Assembly: GCF_964204645.1 (NCBI RefSeq)
Contig: NC_134031.1
Coordinates: 1,798,001-1,862,000 of the forward strand
From: Tubulanus polymorphus
Taxonomy: Eukaryota > Animalia > Nemertea
Length of the DNA stretch: 64,000 nt
Reading direction: 5' to 3'
Shown: piece after piece, positions 1 through 14,414 of the stretch
Layout: each line of letters opens with the position of its first letter
How positions within the stretch are numbered: the stretch's first letter is position 1
The notes under the pieces: generated by a model
Told to the model about the DNA's origin: nothing
Databases searched by the model: none
What the model saw: only the letters and a program-made list of their open reading frames with translations
Translations under genes and position numbers: made by a program

Positions 1-3000
1 ATTGTTTCATCCCATTGAAAATAAAAATCTGTTGAGATAAATGTGTTTTCTGGGTACACAGTGATGGAACTGCTGTACTCGTTATTAGAATTATTTTTTT
101 TCTGGTGTGGGTTGTTTTCACTCGAATGTGATTCATTAGTCTCATCGAGAATCAGCAGCTGACAAAGCGACCGAGTTGGTTCTCATCTTCGCAATCTGGT
201 CACTCGACGCTATATCGTTAGAAGTCCTTATCTGGAACCGGCATCCCAAGTGAGACATAGCGTAGAATACGTGAATTGAGTACTTCTCTACGGCCGTTGC
301 CGCCGCCGCCGCTGCTGCTGCTGCTGCTGCTGCTGCCGTTTGATCATCATCTCGTCGGTTCAGCGTTGCGTTAAGGCCGAAAAAATCACAGCAAGCGAAA
401 CTCGTCACAGCGGAACTGAGAACGAACATTCTCACAATCACAAACTGAGCTTCCCAAATACGTGAATATTCCCATGTTCGTCACCTGGTTCGTGTTGTCG
501 TAGGTTTTGACGAGTGCGAGAATTTCCTTTTCGTTCTTTCTTATAGTTAAAATGGGTTTTTTTAAAGAAATTCGTCGCCAGCCATCACGAGTTTCTCATC
601 CAGTCGTATAAGTGGTCGTACCCACCACTGATCTCCGTCGCTCTACGATCCTAGTGTAAAAATATTGTGATTGTCGTTCGTGTCTACTGATGATGACTAT
701 TAGGATTTAGAATATAATACCATTGGGATCCCCGGGTGAAACTGATTGGTCAACAACAATACCCAGGGCCCAATTTCATAACTCTTAAATCGATTAAATT
801 TCTTCATTTAATCAGTTTATCTTAAATCGCTTTAGGCCTTAATCAAGGAGTTGCTATATTAAACTTAACTAAACAAATGACAAATTTCAAAATCAATCAT
901 ATTCTCATACAACAATTATAGAAAATGCCAGGAGTGCTCGAGGAATTATGATGTAAGCTCCTCAAACACGTGGACTTTAAAAAACAACTAGTCCAACCAC
1001 CATAGGCGTATAAACTATAAACTATAAACGAGAGTTTATACGCCCATGGTCCAATCATAGACTCTAAAATCAAAAAGTCTATGGCCCAACCATGGACTCA
1101 ATAGTCCATGGCCCCCGCACTAAAACCAGAGATAAACCTGGCCAAATACTCTGGAAAGCGTAGGATTTAAGTAATCAATCTGATTTACATTTTTACATCA
1201 TTTTATTTTCACATATAAAATTATTAAATTTTAGCTTAATATATAGTAATTTTATTTCTATTACTATGTATGAAAACTTGAAAACCACAAAAGTTACATG
1301 TAAGGTATTTCGAAGTTTTAATATACAATACATCTCCACTACTACTGATTTTATACAATTTGCATCAATCAGGAAAATAACAAAAATACACAAAGAATTA
1401 TTAACTTTGATCCATAAAACACCGAAAATTGGACTAGTCTGAAAGTCTTAAGATTATGAATTTGACAATTCATGAGGTCAATATATTAACCGACACTTTG
1501 TTATATTTCATGAAATATGATTCTATCATGTCAACTTTTCAAATGACATCGAGATTGAGGATATCTCCTCAATTATCAAGAAAAAGCTCAACTTTATTCG
1601 ATAGGACCTTAATAAATCAGTGTTTTATGAATAATTGACATGAACATGTCATTTTATACCCACAACAACAATCATACCTAAATAACAGGAACATGTATTT
1701 ATGTACCCGAGGAAGTACCCCTGCAGTCATTTACAAAAACGTGACTTGTATTTCAAAAAAGTCTCCAACATAAAAAAAAACATTAAAACCAGAGATAAAA
1801 CCACAAATTCAAACTGGAAAACTTAAGATTAGATTAACTAAACAGTCTTTGGTTTAATTTTCATTAACATTATCTTACAAGATAACTAGAGTTTTGCCAC
1901 CTTTGCCTTGTCTTCAAGAGGTTGACAGACATGATCAAATTGGTTATTTTCTCAAATGTAACATTTAATGCAAAGTATTTTGGTGGTATTCTTTTCTATG
2001 CATTCAACAAGATATTGTTTAACTGACAATTTGAATACAGCTAGGGCAATTACTAATAACAAATTGCTTAGATATCTACAATTAAGTTAGATTAAATAAC
2101 TGTTAGAGGTGCTTCTTGTGCAGATATTTCAGGACCCATATAGACATTGTAAAATCATGGTTTTAGAGTCCATATATACTAGCTCACACAATCTACTGAT
2201 TAACACTGTTCATATATCCTCATTTATCAGAAGACTGCTCCTCTATTTTGCTCCTCTATTTTCATAAGGGCCTTAATAAAAATCATATTTTATGAACCAT
2301 TGATAAGCACCACAGTGAAAAATTTGCAATACACGTAACTAACCAATTGAAAAATTTTTACATGAATGACGAATGTATGACATGTAGTCGTTTCATTCTT
2401 ACACAACAATTATACCCTGCTAAATGAGTTATTTAAAAACAGTTCAAAATAAAAAAAATTAAACCTACAAATTTACTCACTCTGGAAAGCGTTAGGTTAA
2501 CTAATTAATCGTAATCATTACAAGAAAACTAAAAACATTGCCAAATTTTCCTCGTCTAAACAGGCTTGTGTAATTCAAAGATTTTATCCCACTCGATGCA
2601 AGGGATGATTGTGTCACAATCAGACTGCTCATGTAGGGCAATTTTTGAGGGTGCAAGCGAAATTACGTGTTTGCCCCAAGTGACATTTATTCCTTAAATC
2701 AAACGGCTGCAAACTATCATAAAGGTTTTTCTTCGGGATAATCTAAGATAATTTAAGAGGTATCTTCATATAAATATGGTTTGACTGATGAAGCTACGGT
2801 AACTTCTTAATTGTTTTATTCAACTTGATAGTAGATATAAATACAACTCTATACAAAGATCAGAAATTCTTCCAGGCCCCACACAGACACTGTTAAACCG
2901 ATAATCAAAACAAAGCTGGGATAACTGACCAATTAGCACTGTATCCTCAAGTTAGCCTATCAAGAAACTGCTCCTTCTATTCTATGCTTCTGTTATTTTA

Positions 3001-3184
3001 GACAGGGCCTTAATTAAATCAGTATTTTATGAACCACTGAAAAGCACCACAGTGGAATTGTTGCTATAAAACTGAAAAGTTTCAACATGAATGATGAAAA
3101 TGTACATCATTTTATTCACACAACAACATCTTAATCGAGCCTGTATTCTTTAGATATCAACCAATATTAGATTATATAGTTGTC

Positions 3185-3266
3185 TTATCAACCTCTATGG
3201 TTTGGATTTGAGCACTTTTACCTTATATAAAAATGCTGAACTAATATTAATCATAGAGGTTGATAA
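3185..3266. mobile_element. Small MITE-like hairpin
   Basis: Terminal inverted repeat ttatcaacctctatg...catagaggttgataa; a partial second copy lies at ~11745-11820. Confidence 0.5.
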
Positions 3267-3995
3267 TTGAGATTAACTAAACAAACAAAGAGTTTCTAAC
3301 AATTATGTTTACTCTCATACAACAATTATACGAAATGCCAGGTGTGCTCGAGGAATTATAACTTAAGTTCCTCAAACACGTGGACTGTATTTCAAAAACA
3401 GTCTCAATAATAAAAGTGTTCAAGAAAATCTCAACATCATCGTCGTCGACATGAACAGTTTATACAGAGCTGATTCTTCCAAAGAAACTCGGGACCAGAA
3501 ACTGAAATGTATAGATACTAGACAGGACTCTATCGATAAATCTGAAATAAGCGAGTTTTCTTCAAGCGATTCTGTGATTATTTCATGTTTGGGGTAAAGC
3601 TATAATTAGCCTCCGGTGATTATGTTAATGTGCTATTTTTCGTATATTCATTGTATTCGGTTTTATTTTTGTCTGCATGCGTTCTGTGGAAGTAGTCGGT
3701 GATCTACACAGTCGGCAGCCAGCGCTCAGGCAGGCAGAGAACTTAATTTGGACAGGAACTTTTTTTTAATTCCTAACTTTATTTTGTATGAAATAGTGTT
3801 ATATGTGGCTGTTCTAAATGTTCTCGAAGCAATAAATATATGAATATTCGATCTCAAAAGTATTTCATATTATATTTCATTGAGGCTCAATCTATCGAGT
3901 AAGTTTTTATTACGAGTTGACAATCAGTCATGTCAATCAAACGTAGACTGGTTCCCTGTACTCGTCCGGTAACCAGTCAAAATCAACGCAACAAA

Positions 3996-4221
3996 GTGGC
4001 AGCACCATACGTTCGCCTAGCGGAGTTTCTGTGAACTAATGTAATACTGCGGGAAGGTGATATGAAATGTTTATTTAGAGCGCTGTCTGTTCTTTAATAG
4101 TTTTAAAGGTGGAAATGGTGCGTTATTCGATTATTTTAAAGTGTTTTATTAATCAATCGTGACTCCAAGGTATTACATTAGTTCACAGAAATTCCGCTAG
4201 GTGACCGTACGGTGCTGCCAC
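3996..4221. mobile_element. MITE with ~52-bp terminal inverted repeats
   Basis: gtggcagcaccatacgttcgcctagcggagtttctgtgaactaatgtaatac (3996-4047) pairs with gtattacattagttcacagaaattccgctaggtgaccgtacggtgctgccac (4170-4221). It is flanked by short tagactggtt...aaccagtc hairpins. Confidence 0.75.
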
Positions 4222-7200
4222 CATAGACTGGTTACCGGTCTCTATCTTCCCATATTGAATTGGACAGGCAACCAGTCTATACCGCGGCAATCTCGATGCC
4301 TTCAGGTTCGAACCCCTCCCTGGGGGAGGATCGGCAAAAATCCTCTACCTTCAAGTGAAGAGCTCGTGGTGATTTCAGCGTCTAAATCCAACAAACGATA
4401 CATCAATGAAGCACAACATCTTATATTTTGTTCATAACCGGATTCATCAAATGAACGTATTCCGAGCTTAGGAGAGCAACATTTGCAGCAGGTCAGGGGC
4501 GACTGGCAGGGTCGGGCTATGGGGTGATTAACTGGAAGGTCGGGATCATGGGTGATTTACTGCTGAATATAGGATGTACACTAGGGGTGTCCCGGGTTTG
4601 AAACCCAGTAATTACTGACACTGATTCAGAGTGGTCCAGATGCTGAATAAAGGATATACCGTGGATTAGCGGATTTTTCATACACTAATGTGGATTGTCT
4701 CTGGCAACCAAGAGTCTACTGCCAGAGTCAGTTTGTGTTAGTTAATGCAAATCCAAGCATAGTGAATCTTAAGAATCGGCAGAACATAGCATCACAACCA
4801 CTGACTGGTGAATTGATTAAGTTCAGAGTAGCTAATTAACTAAACAAACAAAGAGTTTCAAATAATTATATTTACTCTCATACAACAATTATACAAAATG
4901 CCAGGTGTGCTCGAGGAATTATAACTTAAGTTCCGCAAACACGTGGACTGTATTTCAAAAACAGTCCAACCATGGACGTATAAACTATAAACTAGAGTTT
5001 ATACGTCCATAGTCCAAGCATAGACTCTAAAACAGACACGTCTATAGCACACAACCGTGGACTCTAAACTGTGAGAGTCCATGGCTCCCCGCACTAAAAC
5101 CAGAGATAAACCTGGCCGAATACCCTGGAAAGCGTAAGATTTAATGAATCGTTTACATGGCCGGCCGCCTATCTACCTTAGACCTTACATTACTTTTTTA
5201 AAAATCATGATCAAGGTAACCATAACAGACACGGCAGATTACAAATTTCATTGATTTATGAAATGACCCGGCCGATCAGGAAAAACAAGGTATTATCATT
5301 AGCCTTTTAATGGCTTAGATTATCCAAAATATAAGATTACTAGCTTTTAATATCACATATACTACATCAAGGAAGGTATTTCAAGGTTTTATTCGCCAAA
5401 AACATTTCCACTGCAACTGATTCATACAATTTGAATCAATAGGAAAATAACAAAATTACACACAGAATTGTAAACCTTGATCCATAAAACACCAACAATT
5501 AGGACTAGTCTGAAAGTCTAAGACTATTAATTTGACATTCACGAAGTCACTGGGCATAAGTGACACTTGGTTATTTCATGAAATGTGGAGCATTCAATCA
5601 TATCAACTATTCAAATGACAATGTGAGAGAGATTTAAGATATTCTGTTTATACAAAAAACTGCATAACATATCTCCAACATATAAACATTAAAACTGGAC
5701 ATAAAACCACAAATTTACTCTCTCAAATAATCGATCTCTAATTTCATTTCATTATTAAATTATTTCTACAAGAAAACCTAAATTTTGCAAACTTTACTTT
5801 GTATTCGAGAAATTATCATGTAAGTTCTTTGTTAACAAATGGGCTGTATTCGAAAAACAGTTCAACATAAAAGCATTAAAACTAGAGATAAAACCTACAG
5901 ATTCACTGTGGAAAGCTTGAGATTAACTAATCAATCTTTATTTTCCTTTTCATTAACATTACTTAACAAGATAACTAGAGTTTTTCCAACTTTGCCTGAG
6001 ATTTTCAAACATTATCAAACGTTTCAAACATTATTACGTTTAATGCATTTATATTGAGTATCCAACATCATAAAGATATTGTTCAACTATCCATTTGAAT
6101 ATAGCTAGGTAAATTACAAATAACTGATCACTGAGATATCTACAATTATCTACAACTTTTTCGAGATATGAAATGCTTCTTGTGCAGATTTGAATCAGGC
6201 TCCATATGGACATTGTCAAACTGACAATTTAAAAAATAGCTAGGATAATTTACTAATCAACACTGTTCATATAGGCCTATCCTCATTTATAAAAAAGTGC
6301 TCCTCTTTATTCGATAGGACCTCAGTTTGATAGTTGCTATAAACTTAACTAAACAATTGAAAAGATTTACCATGAATAATGAACACGTATGTGTCATTTT
6401 ATTCTCATGACAAAAATTATACCTCGCTAAATAACAGGTATGTCCTCGAGGAATTATCATGTAAGTTCCTAGTTAACAAATGAACTGTATTTTAAAAATA
6501 GTTCAACATAAAAGCATTCAAACTAGAGACAAATCGTACTAAGTCATCCTGGAAAGCTTAGTATTAACTTAACTTTCTAAATTTCATTTTCGTTAACGTC
6601 ATTTTTACTAGAAAACAAGAATTTTCGCTGCCCCTCGTCTTAACTAAACATTTTCAAACATTATCAGTTCGCTCATTTAATACACAATCAATACAAAGTT
6701 ATTTGAAAACATGACAATAATTTTACTATCGATAACTAATCATGTTTATAGCTGTTTAACATTCTTTCTAAAAAAGAGTAAAATGTATCTCCCAGATATT
6801 ATCCCTAAAACAATTAACAGTTACAGCAGTGATAGGGTGTGATATATAGGTAAAAGGACGCGTGATCTTTCATCAGTTATTCGAAGCATTCTATCGAATC
6901 AGTTATTTTTTAGTGTGTTTGATTTAGTTAAGGTTTATGGTTATTTGTTTTGTTTATTACTAACTGATCCGATAGAACACTTAAAACAACAACAAGAAGA
7001 TCTCAAGAGGTTGGGAAACACGGAGAAGGTTGTTCTATGAAAGAAGAACCTTTAATAATTAGATTAAGTTGATAAGAAAAAATTCCTGATGACGGAGCCC
7101 TATATTAACTTATTGTTTGTTGGTTTTGTTTATTTTTTTATTACTTAGTTTTATTTGTTTTTTTTATATTATTTATTTTGTTATGTTGTTTTGTTTATTT

Positions 7201-8995
7201 TTTTTAATTATGTTCTCTGTATTTTGTACTATTTATTACTATTTACATCAGGAATTTTTTACCGGTGAGATTATGGGCTCACTTTTAAAAAAAAGTGCTA
7301 CAAATTCACTGCTGCACCTAAATAATAGTTTCCTTATTGAACTCCCGATTTGAAGTTAAGTGATCATTAGTATGAAAGCCACTCAACCTAATCATATGAA
7401 TGACGATGAAAGAAGTTAAAACAGCTATAAACAAAATTAAAACGATCAAAATTATTGCTGGCCATTATTATTTATTCCTTTATATTACATTATTCCTAGT
7501 ATTACCTCTCATACCTCTGTGGATACAATGTACTACGATATAAGTTTCATATAACTAGCTAGGATCACCTACATGGAAGCACAATTCTAAACTCCATGTG
7601 AAAATCAAGATATTCTACTCATTAGTCAAATCGCCTTAACGGGCCTTAAAATTATGGCATAAAAAAAAAAATCAACACTTGGGTATATTAACTTATTATG
7701 TGTACACAGAACACTGCCTAATATTATATGGTTTCCTTAACTACACGTGACGATATTCGGGGGGCGTAGCCAGTTTGTACTGAAGGCCCGGCCCTTCACT
7801 TTTTGGTCAAGGAATAATTTTCAAAACATCTTTATTCCAAACCCATAAACTTGCTGGGTGAGTTTAGGAGTCCAAAGTAATTATGTACCAACTTCCTTTA
7901 TTGTGTTTAAAAGTTGCAACCGTTTAACTGACTACGCTCCCCCTTTTGAACATTTAGGCTATGCAAATCATTAAATTATTTTCACTCTCAGGAAATATAA
8001 AATGAATCACTATTTCTAAGATTAATCGAATAAAGACCAATGGACTATGTCATTATTACAAATCATGCACAGCTATGTTTAACTGAGTATGAAGATTATC
8101 TGAACTATCCCATTGATTCTATATCTCAGTTAAGGTGTATTTCAACTGACCTACGAGTCGAGAGGCTGAAAGCTATCAACACTATGAATTAATGGAGCGT
8201 AGATTTTATGAGAATCCCAGAAGGAACTTTCTGTCAAATTACAAAGGACATGACACATCTGTTTACAAACCGAAAACATTTTGCCTAATCAATATATGAA
8301 TAGTTTCTTCTCAGGCCCAGAGCCCTAATTAACTAACTTCGATTTTCATTAATCAACATTAAAACTATTTCTTTATTTCCGCCTTTTCAAATAGACAGTG
8401 AATTTTAAGACGCATTTTGGAGCCCATGTTACACATCAGATTGGTTTGTAAAAAGGTAATGCTCAAAATAAATCAATACTTTACATGTTCTACTGACGTT
8501 GCTGCTCCTGAATAAGTGTTTATAAGATACGCATTGTCTGTGCTGCTCCTGAATAACTGTTCACAATATATTTACATTGTCTCTGCTGCTCCTGAATATA
8601 CCGGTAAGACACGCATTGTCTCTTCTCCACCTATTGTAGAAGAAATCCGTCATTGGGCGATAAACCACTGCTGGCTAAATTTCTCCTCTGGACTTCTAGG
8701 CCTATGCAGTCGAATTCAAGATGGTTCTTCTGTGGTAGATGATGATTTCAATTCAAGATGGAATCTTCTGTTGGCAGTTTCAATCAGTAGATTCTAGATG
8801 ACGAGTTGATCTCAGGCTGAGCTTCTTCTTATAGATGTGATTTAGCTGAAATAAATAAAAGAAGATATCCTGTAATTATATAATATCTTACAATATACAC
8901 AATTCTTCATATACCATTAATAATAATAAATTCCATGCACCGTAAATCAATTTCATTTAGAATTAATCGCAATAATTCCATCTATATTAAGTTAC

Positions 8996-9952
8996 CTTTT
9001 ATGATTGCTGGGTTGATGATTTTGATTCTAGTTGGCTGTGCGCTGTTCCAGTTGGTCGATTTTGGACGAGTAGTTGATCTCAAAGTGGGTTTTTCATATA
9101 GTTGAAATTTAGCTGCAATGATTAAAAGAAGTTATCCTGTAATGACAAGTTTTTTCAATGAGAATTTATCGTAATAATTCCATCTATATCAAGTTACCTT
9201 TTTATGATTGCTGGGTTCGTTATCGGCGTGGATCATCTAAGTTGATTGGTTGATGATTTGATTCTAGTTGGCTGTGCGCTGTTCCAGTTGGTCGATTTTG
9301 GATGAGAAGTTGATCTCAAGCTGGGTTTTTCATATAGTTGAAATTTAGCTGCAATGATTAAAAGAAGTTATCCTGTAATGACAAATTTTTCAATTAGAAT
9401 TTATCCAAATAATTCCATCTATATCAAGTTACCTTTTATGATTGCTGGGTTCGTTATCGGCATGGATCATCTAAGTTGATTGGTTGATGATTTGATTCTA
9501 GTTGGCTGTGCGCTGTTCCAGTTGGTCGATTTTGGATGAGTAGTTGATCTCAAGCTGGGTTTTTCATATAGTTGAAATTTAGCTGCAATGATTAAAAGAA
9601 GTTATCCTGTAATGACAAATTTTTTCAATTAGAATTTATCCCAATAATTCCATCTATATTAAGTTACCTTTTATGATTGCTGGGTTCGTTATCGGCGTGG
9701 ATCATCTAAGTTGATTGGTTGATGATTTGATTCTAGTTGGCTGTGCGCTGTTCCAGTTGGTCGACTTCGGATGAGTAGATGATCTCAAGCTGGGTTTTTC
9801 ATATAGTTGAAATTTAGCTGCAATGATTAAAAGAAGTTATCCTGTAATGACAAATTTTTCAATTAGAATTTATCGCAATAATTCCATCTATATCAAGTTA
9901 CCTTTTATGATTGCCGGGTTCATTATCGGCGAGGGTCTCCTAAGTTGGTTGT
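8996..9952 (-). pseudogene. Tandem ~235-bp array, each unit one phase-1/1 exon plus an ~85-nt intron (degenerate gene or lncRNA)
   Basis: On the minus strand each unit reads cattgcag|CTAAATTTCAAC...CATAAAAG|gtaact. Exon-like parts: 9902-9952 (partial), 9668-9817, 9433-9582, 9198-9348, 8996-9112. Three carry an in-frame TGA, and one of these also has a +1 frameshift. Confidence 0.55.
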
Positions 9953-9983
9953 CTAATTTTACATATTTTTTTTTTCATATAAC

Positions 9984-10680
9984 TTTTTTTCTGCCTAATT
10001 TAATACATTGAGATTTTGGAAATAACTATATTTTACAATATTTGGTCTTTTTTCATGTAACTATTCCGAAAGTTTACAAGGTTGAATAATTTTATCTATT
10101 TTTTTTCTGCCTAATTTAATACATTGAGATTTTGGAAATAACTATATTTTACAATATTTGGTCTTTTTTCATGTAACTAGTCCGAAAGTTTACAAGGTTG
10201 AATAATTTTATCTATTTTTTTTTCTGCCTAATTTAATACATTGAGATTTTGGAAATAACTATATTTTACAATATTTGTTCTTTTTTTCATGTAACTAGTC
10301 CGAAAGTTTACAAGGTTGAATAATTTTATCTATTTTTTTTCTGCCTAATTTAATACATAGAGATTTTGGAAATAACTATATTTTACAATATTTGGTCTTT
10401 TTTCATGTAACTAGTCCGAAAGTTTACAAGGTTGAATAATTTTATCTATTTTTTTTTCTGCCTAATTTAATACATTGAGATTTTGGAAATAACTATATTT
10501 TACAATATTTGTTCTTTTTTTCATGTAACTAGTCCGAAAGTTTACAAGGTTGAATAATTTTATCTATTTTTTTTCTGCCTAATTTAATACATTGAGATTT
10601 TGGAAATAACAATATTTAACAATATTTGGTGTTTTTTTCATGTAAATAGTCCGAAAGTTTACAAGGTTGAATAATTTTGT
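9984..10680. repeat. Tandem repeat, ~116-117-bp unit x ~6
   Basis: Unit ttttctgcctaatttaatacattgagattttggaaataactatattttacaatatttggtc...ccgaaagtttacaaggttgaataattttatcta, near-perfect copies. Confidence 0.95.
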
Positions 10681-11399
10681 CTAGCTTTATATTCAAAATC
10701 GGAAATCGAAGTACAGATAAAGTTGTGTAATCGGGGGTCGATTTAACATAAATTTCTTTAAAACCAAGCACATAATTGGAAAATCTGGTTCGGGTTCATT
10801 CAATTAATCTTCCAACCAGTCTGAACCGCCAAGCGACTGATTGGGGTCAATTAAGTTGACTGCCTATTTTAATATATCGATATTTGGAATATCTATATTA
10901 CAAGGTTGAAGATCACTTTGTACATTTTATGACTAGTTGATTAATAATATAGCTGAAAAAAAGAGCAAAATCTTGTGAGCAGAAAATCCTTTTGAATATC
11001 ACTGATCATGATTAACGTGTCAATTCATACATATAAAATCAGCTATGTGGACCGGAAAGTAGATTTTGATAATAGTCAATTATTAAACGATTCAATTAAT
11101 TAATCTATATTCATTCTAGATATCTGATATTGATTATTATAGTTTAACAACAATTCGAGTAAAGCATCTCTAGCTATCTTGAGGAATACCAGAGTTACAG
11201 CAAATTTGATAAAAAAATGCAAAATCAATCTGTTAAAATTTTTTGTACTGTAGTTTCTCTTCTTCTATCTTCAGAAATTCTTGATGTTTTTCTTCCATGG
11301 GTGCTAAACACCCAGTGGCCATTAGGCTTTTATTAAAACTCACGCCCATCATATAGTGCAAACTTGCTTGTAATATTGCCCCCTATATACATTTCGATT

Positions 11400-13950
11400 G
11401 TCAGCTTAACCATGTTCATATTATCAAATTAACTTCATCGTCAATTAATAAACTTTAAGAGATATGTTTTCTACCCACAGATGGTGACATCTGTGCCCAG
11501 TGAATGGTATTCTCATCCATTTCAGTAATTCTAAATATTGCACGTAAAATATATACAATGATCTTGTAATTGTGATAATATAACTAACTAGAGTGAGTGC
11601 GCTGCCAGCATTGTGCACACTGATCCTATAAGCAACATGGTTCTACAGATTTTTAGAAACCTTGAATCATCCCCACACCTTGACAAATCCAGAATTCTGC
11701 AACACCCTGTATAGGGTATAGGCCTAAACCAATAGGTAATTACACAGTTGTCTTATCAACCCATATGGTTTGGATTTGAGCACTTTTACCTTATACGAAG
11801 ATGCTGAGTTAATCTTTATCGTAGATACCTAATAAATCAATTAATGTCCTAGCTATAATTAAAATTGTCTCGGACAATATTTTATATGGGGCTTGAAATT
11901 TCTACACGAGAAGAATTTCAGATCCGGTATAAATTTGAATTCATCATTTCAACTGCTTATTTTGCATCAGAGCTTTTGATACCTAGCTTAACGAACCCAG
12001 AATTCCCCAAAAGACAACATTGCACGATACAGCTGTCTCATCCACTGCGCTATTTTTTAAATAATTTTCACTTATATTCATTATATTGAATTAAATTTAA
12101 CTAATTTTCTAGATATCTAAGCGATCCGATAATTAGTCATCATACTAGCTACATCTTAATTGTCAGTCAACAATATTTATATTTATATGGAGCCTGAAAA
12201 TCTACACGAGTAGAATTTTAGATGTGGTGAATTCATCACTATTTGAATTCATCAGAAATTAAGATAAAAGCACATTTTTAGTGGTATATCAGAAATTCCC
12301 TTATAGCCGAATTGCTATGTAATCTTTAGTTCTTTTATATCTTTTACAGTACACTGTGTATAAGGATTGAAAGACCTTGTTATGACCGGACCTACCTGGT
12401 GCGGTGCAAGACATGATGCTGGAATATACTTTGAAGGAGGGGGGTTAGTAAAAGAGAGCTATTAGCAAGAGGAATAAGACCTAAGTTTAGGATATCCTGT
12501 CACATTAAGGCTCTCAATCTGACATACACAGTGAAATTAAAATATTCTCCCTTCCAAATTCAGGAATGTATTTGTGCACGTACAGATTTGTTTTATCTCC
12601 CTTCAATCGGAAGTAAATCTGCGTTAAATGAATTTGGCAATATGTATCAAAACTAATACAGCTGTATGACGACACAATAGGTTCACTTTAGATACAGATA
12701 AATAATTAATTTGCTCAGATACACATGTATCAGCAACATTTTAAATGTCAATGGACTTGAATTAAAAATAATTTCACATAACAATTGAATTAACCTTAAT
12801 TGTAGATATCTAAGTAATACGTTAACGAGTTATTCATCTTAGCTATATTCTAATTGTCAGTTAATAAACTGTATCTATTATGCGTCACTTGACACACAGT
12901 ATGGCTTTTAGATATCATTTGAATCAGTAAGGTTTTGGTAAATTTTGGCAATATTGAAGAGCATGACCAGTCGCCGTAAGTACGGCAGTTGGAGATATAA
13001 ATACTGATCAGTCGATGAGACTGATTCACTTATCATATAGATATGCTCAAATATACATATATCAGCTATATCTAAATTGTCAGTTTAATGATATTTATAA
13101 TGGACCTGTATCACATATATATTATTTCATACATAGCAATAAATAGTTTTTGATCTTACATGAAATATTAAATTCATCTTAATTGTAGATATCTAAGCCA
13201 TTGGTTAATGAGCAATTTTTCCTAGCTATATATATGATGATTAAAACAAGGCACAGAGTATGGCTCTGGGGAATGACTTGAATTAATTAAAGCTTTCTTT
13301 ATTCTAGATTTATCAAAGTGCTGAGACCAAATCACAGTTTCTAAAAGACCTGCAGTCCATAGTTTTCCCCATATATATTACACCAGATCTCAATAGAGCC
13401 CTAGACAATATTTCATACATCTTTCCCCCAGGAATTCATTAATGTAATGGGTAAAGCAGCATATAATATATACTGTAAAGTGCCCGAATGTTTATAAATG
13501 ACATATGTATCAATATATTATTTGTAAAAAAATCTATTAACCGACGATAAATTTTATTTGATATATATCTTTACAAGTAAAGCCAGCCTAAATGTATATG
13601 GGGCCCTAAGAATTTCTCGTCAAACATTAGGGCCTATAAGATATTGAATGATCGCTAATATCTAAGCGATTGGTTAATTAGTAAATTGTCCTATCTATAT
13701 CTTGAATGTCAGTTAAACAAGCCATATGAGGCCTGAAATATCTACGGTACAATCCGAAAATTTCACATAAGATATTGAATTTACCTTAATTGTACATACT
13801 TAAAAAATCTTTTAATCAATAACTGACCAATCTACCTTTAATTATCAGACCAAAGAATATTCAAGGGACCTCACTCAATCATTTTGTCCAATATTGTAAA
13901 TATTCAAGCAATCATTGCCCTAGCTATATTTCAATTTACTTTTAACAATA
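11400..13950. repeat. Diverged repeat units, inverted relative to copies at ~2.0 and ~6.1 kb
   Basis: 'cttaattgtagatatctaag...tagctat...aattgtcagtt' recurs at ~12100, ~12795, ~13175 and ~13655. It is the reverse complement of 'aactgacaatttgaatacagctag...gcttagatatctacaattaag' at ~2021-2086. Confidence 0.7.
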
Positions 13951-14414
13951 TACCGGCCATAGAGCTTCAACAAAGTAGTGCGGAGATGGTGAGCTTGACC
14001 AGTGTCTGTATCCTCACCAGTGCCTATGCATTCTACCCCAGATATGAAATATCAACTTAGCTTTATGTATGTATGCATTCCTGTTGCCATGCAGGATGAG
14101 ACTGCCAGATTTGGTTGCGGCAGGTCTTTCGGTGTTTGGTTCATTCAACATGGAGTCTTTTGTGGGCACTTCTAGTGGGTAGATTTTAGATGGGCCTTTC
14201 CGGATTAACCTGAAATGAGTAAAAGAACGATATTATGTAGTTACACAATCCTTTCCGTGTCATACATCGTAATTTTCACATGTATCAACTTAACTTTCAA
14301 TATTGCTGAGTTCAGTGTTCTTTTTTCGCCATCTTCTGTAGTCGCCTTCAGCATCTTCTTCTTCATCTTGGGAGTCCTGAAATGAAAAAAAAAGAGAAGA
14401 GCAATGAAAACCTG

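Larger units (their letters stand above)
880..6700. repeat. Block of diverged multi-hundred-bp repeat units (segmental/satellite-like)
   Basis: Near-identical stretches recur, e.g. 'ctcatacaacaattata..aaatgccagg.gtgctcgaggaattat' at ~903, ~3313 and ~4876; 'gcactaaaaccagagataaacctggcc' at ~1117 and ~5091; 'tgatccataaaacacc..aatt.ggactagtctgaaagtct' at ~1408 and ~5478. Boundaries approximate. Confidence 0.8.

Noticed and set aside
1-441. Minus-strand poly-Ala ORF (142-441) and a stop-free frame running off the left edge
   Set aside because: Driven by a (CAG)n(CGG)n microsatellite with no recognisable domain. It may be a UTR or exon of a gene outside the window, but this cannot be supported.
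7117-7353. Hydrophobic 78-aa ORF
   Set aside because: T-rich low-complexity sequence with a non-ATG start.
9984-10680. Possible CRISPR array
   Set aside because: Units are contiguous and identical throughout; no spacers and no cas genes.
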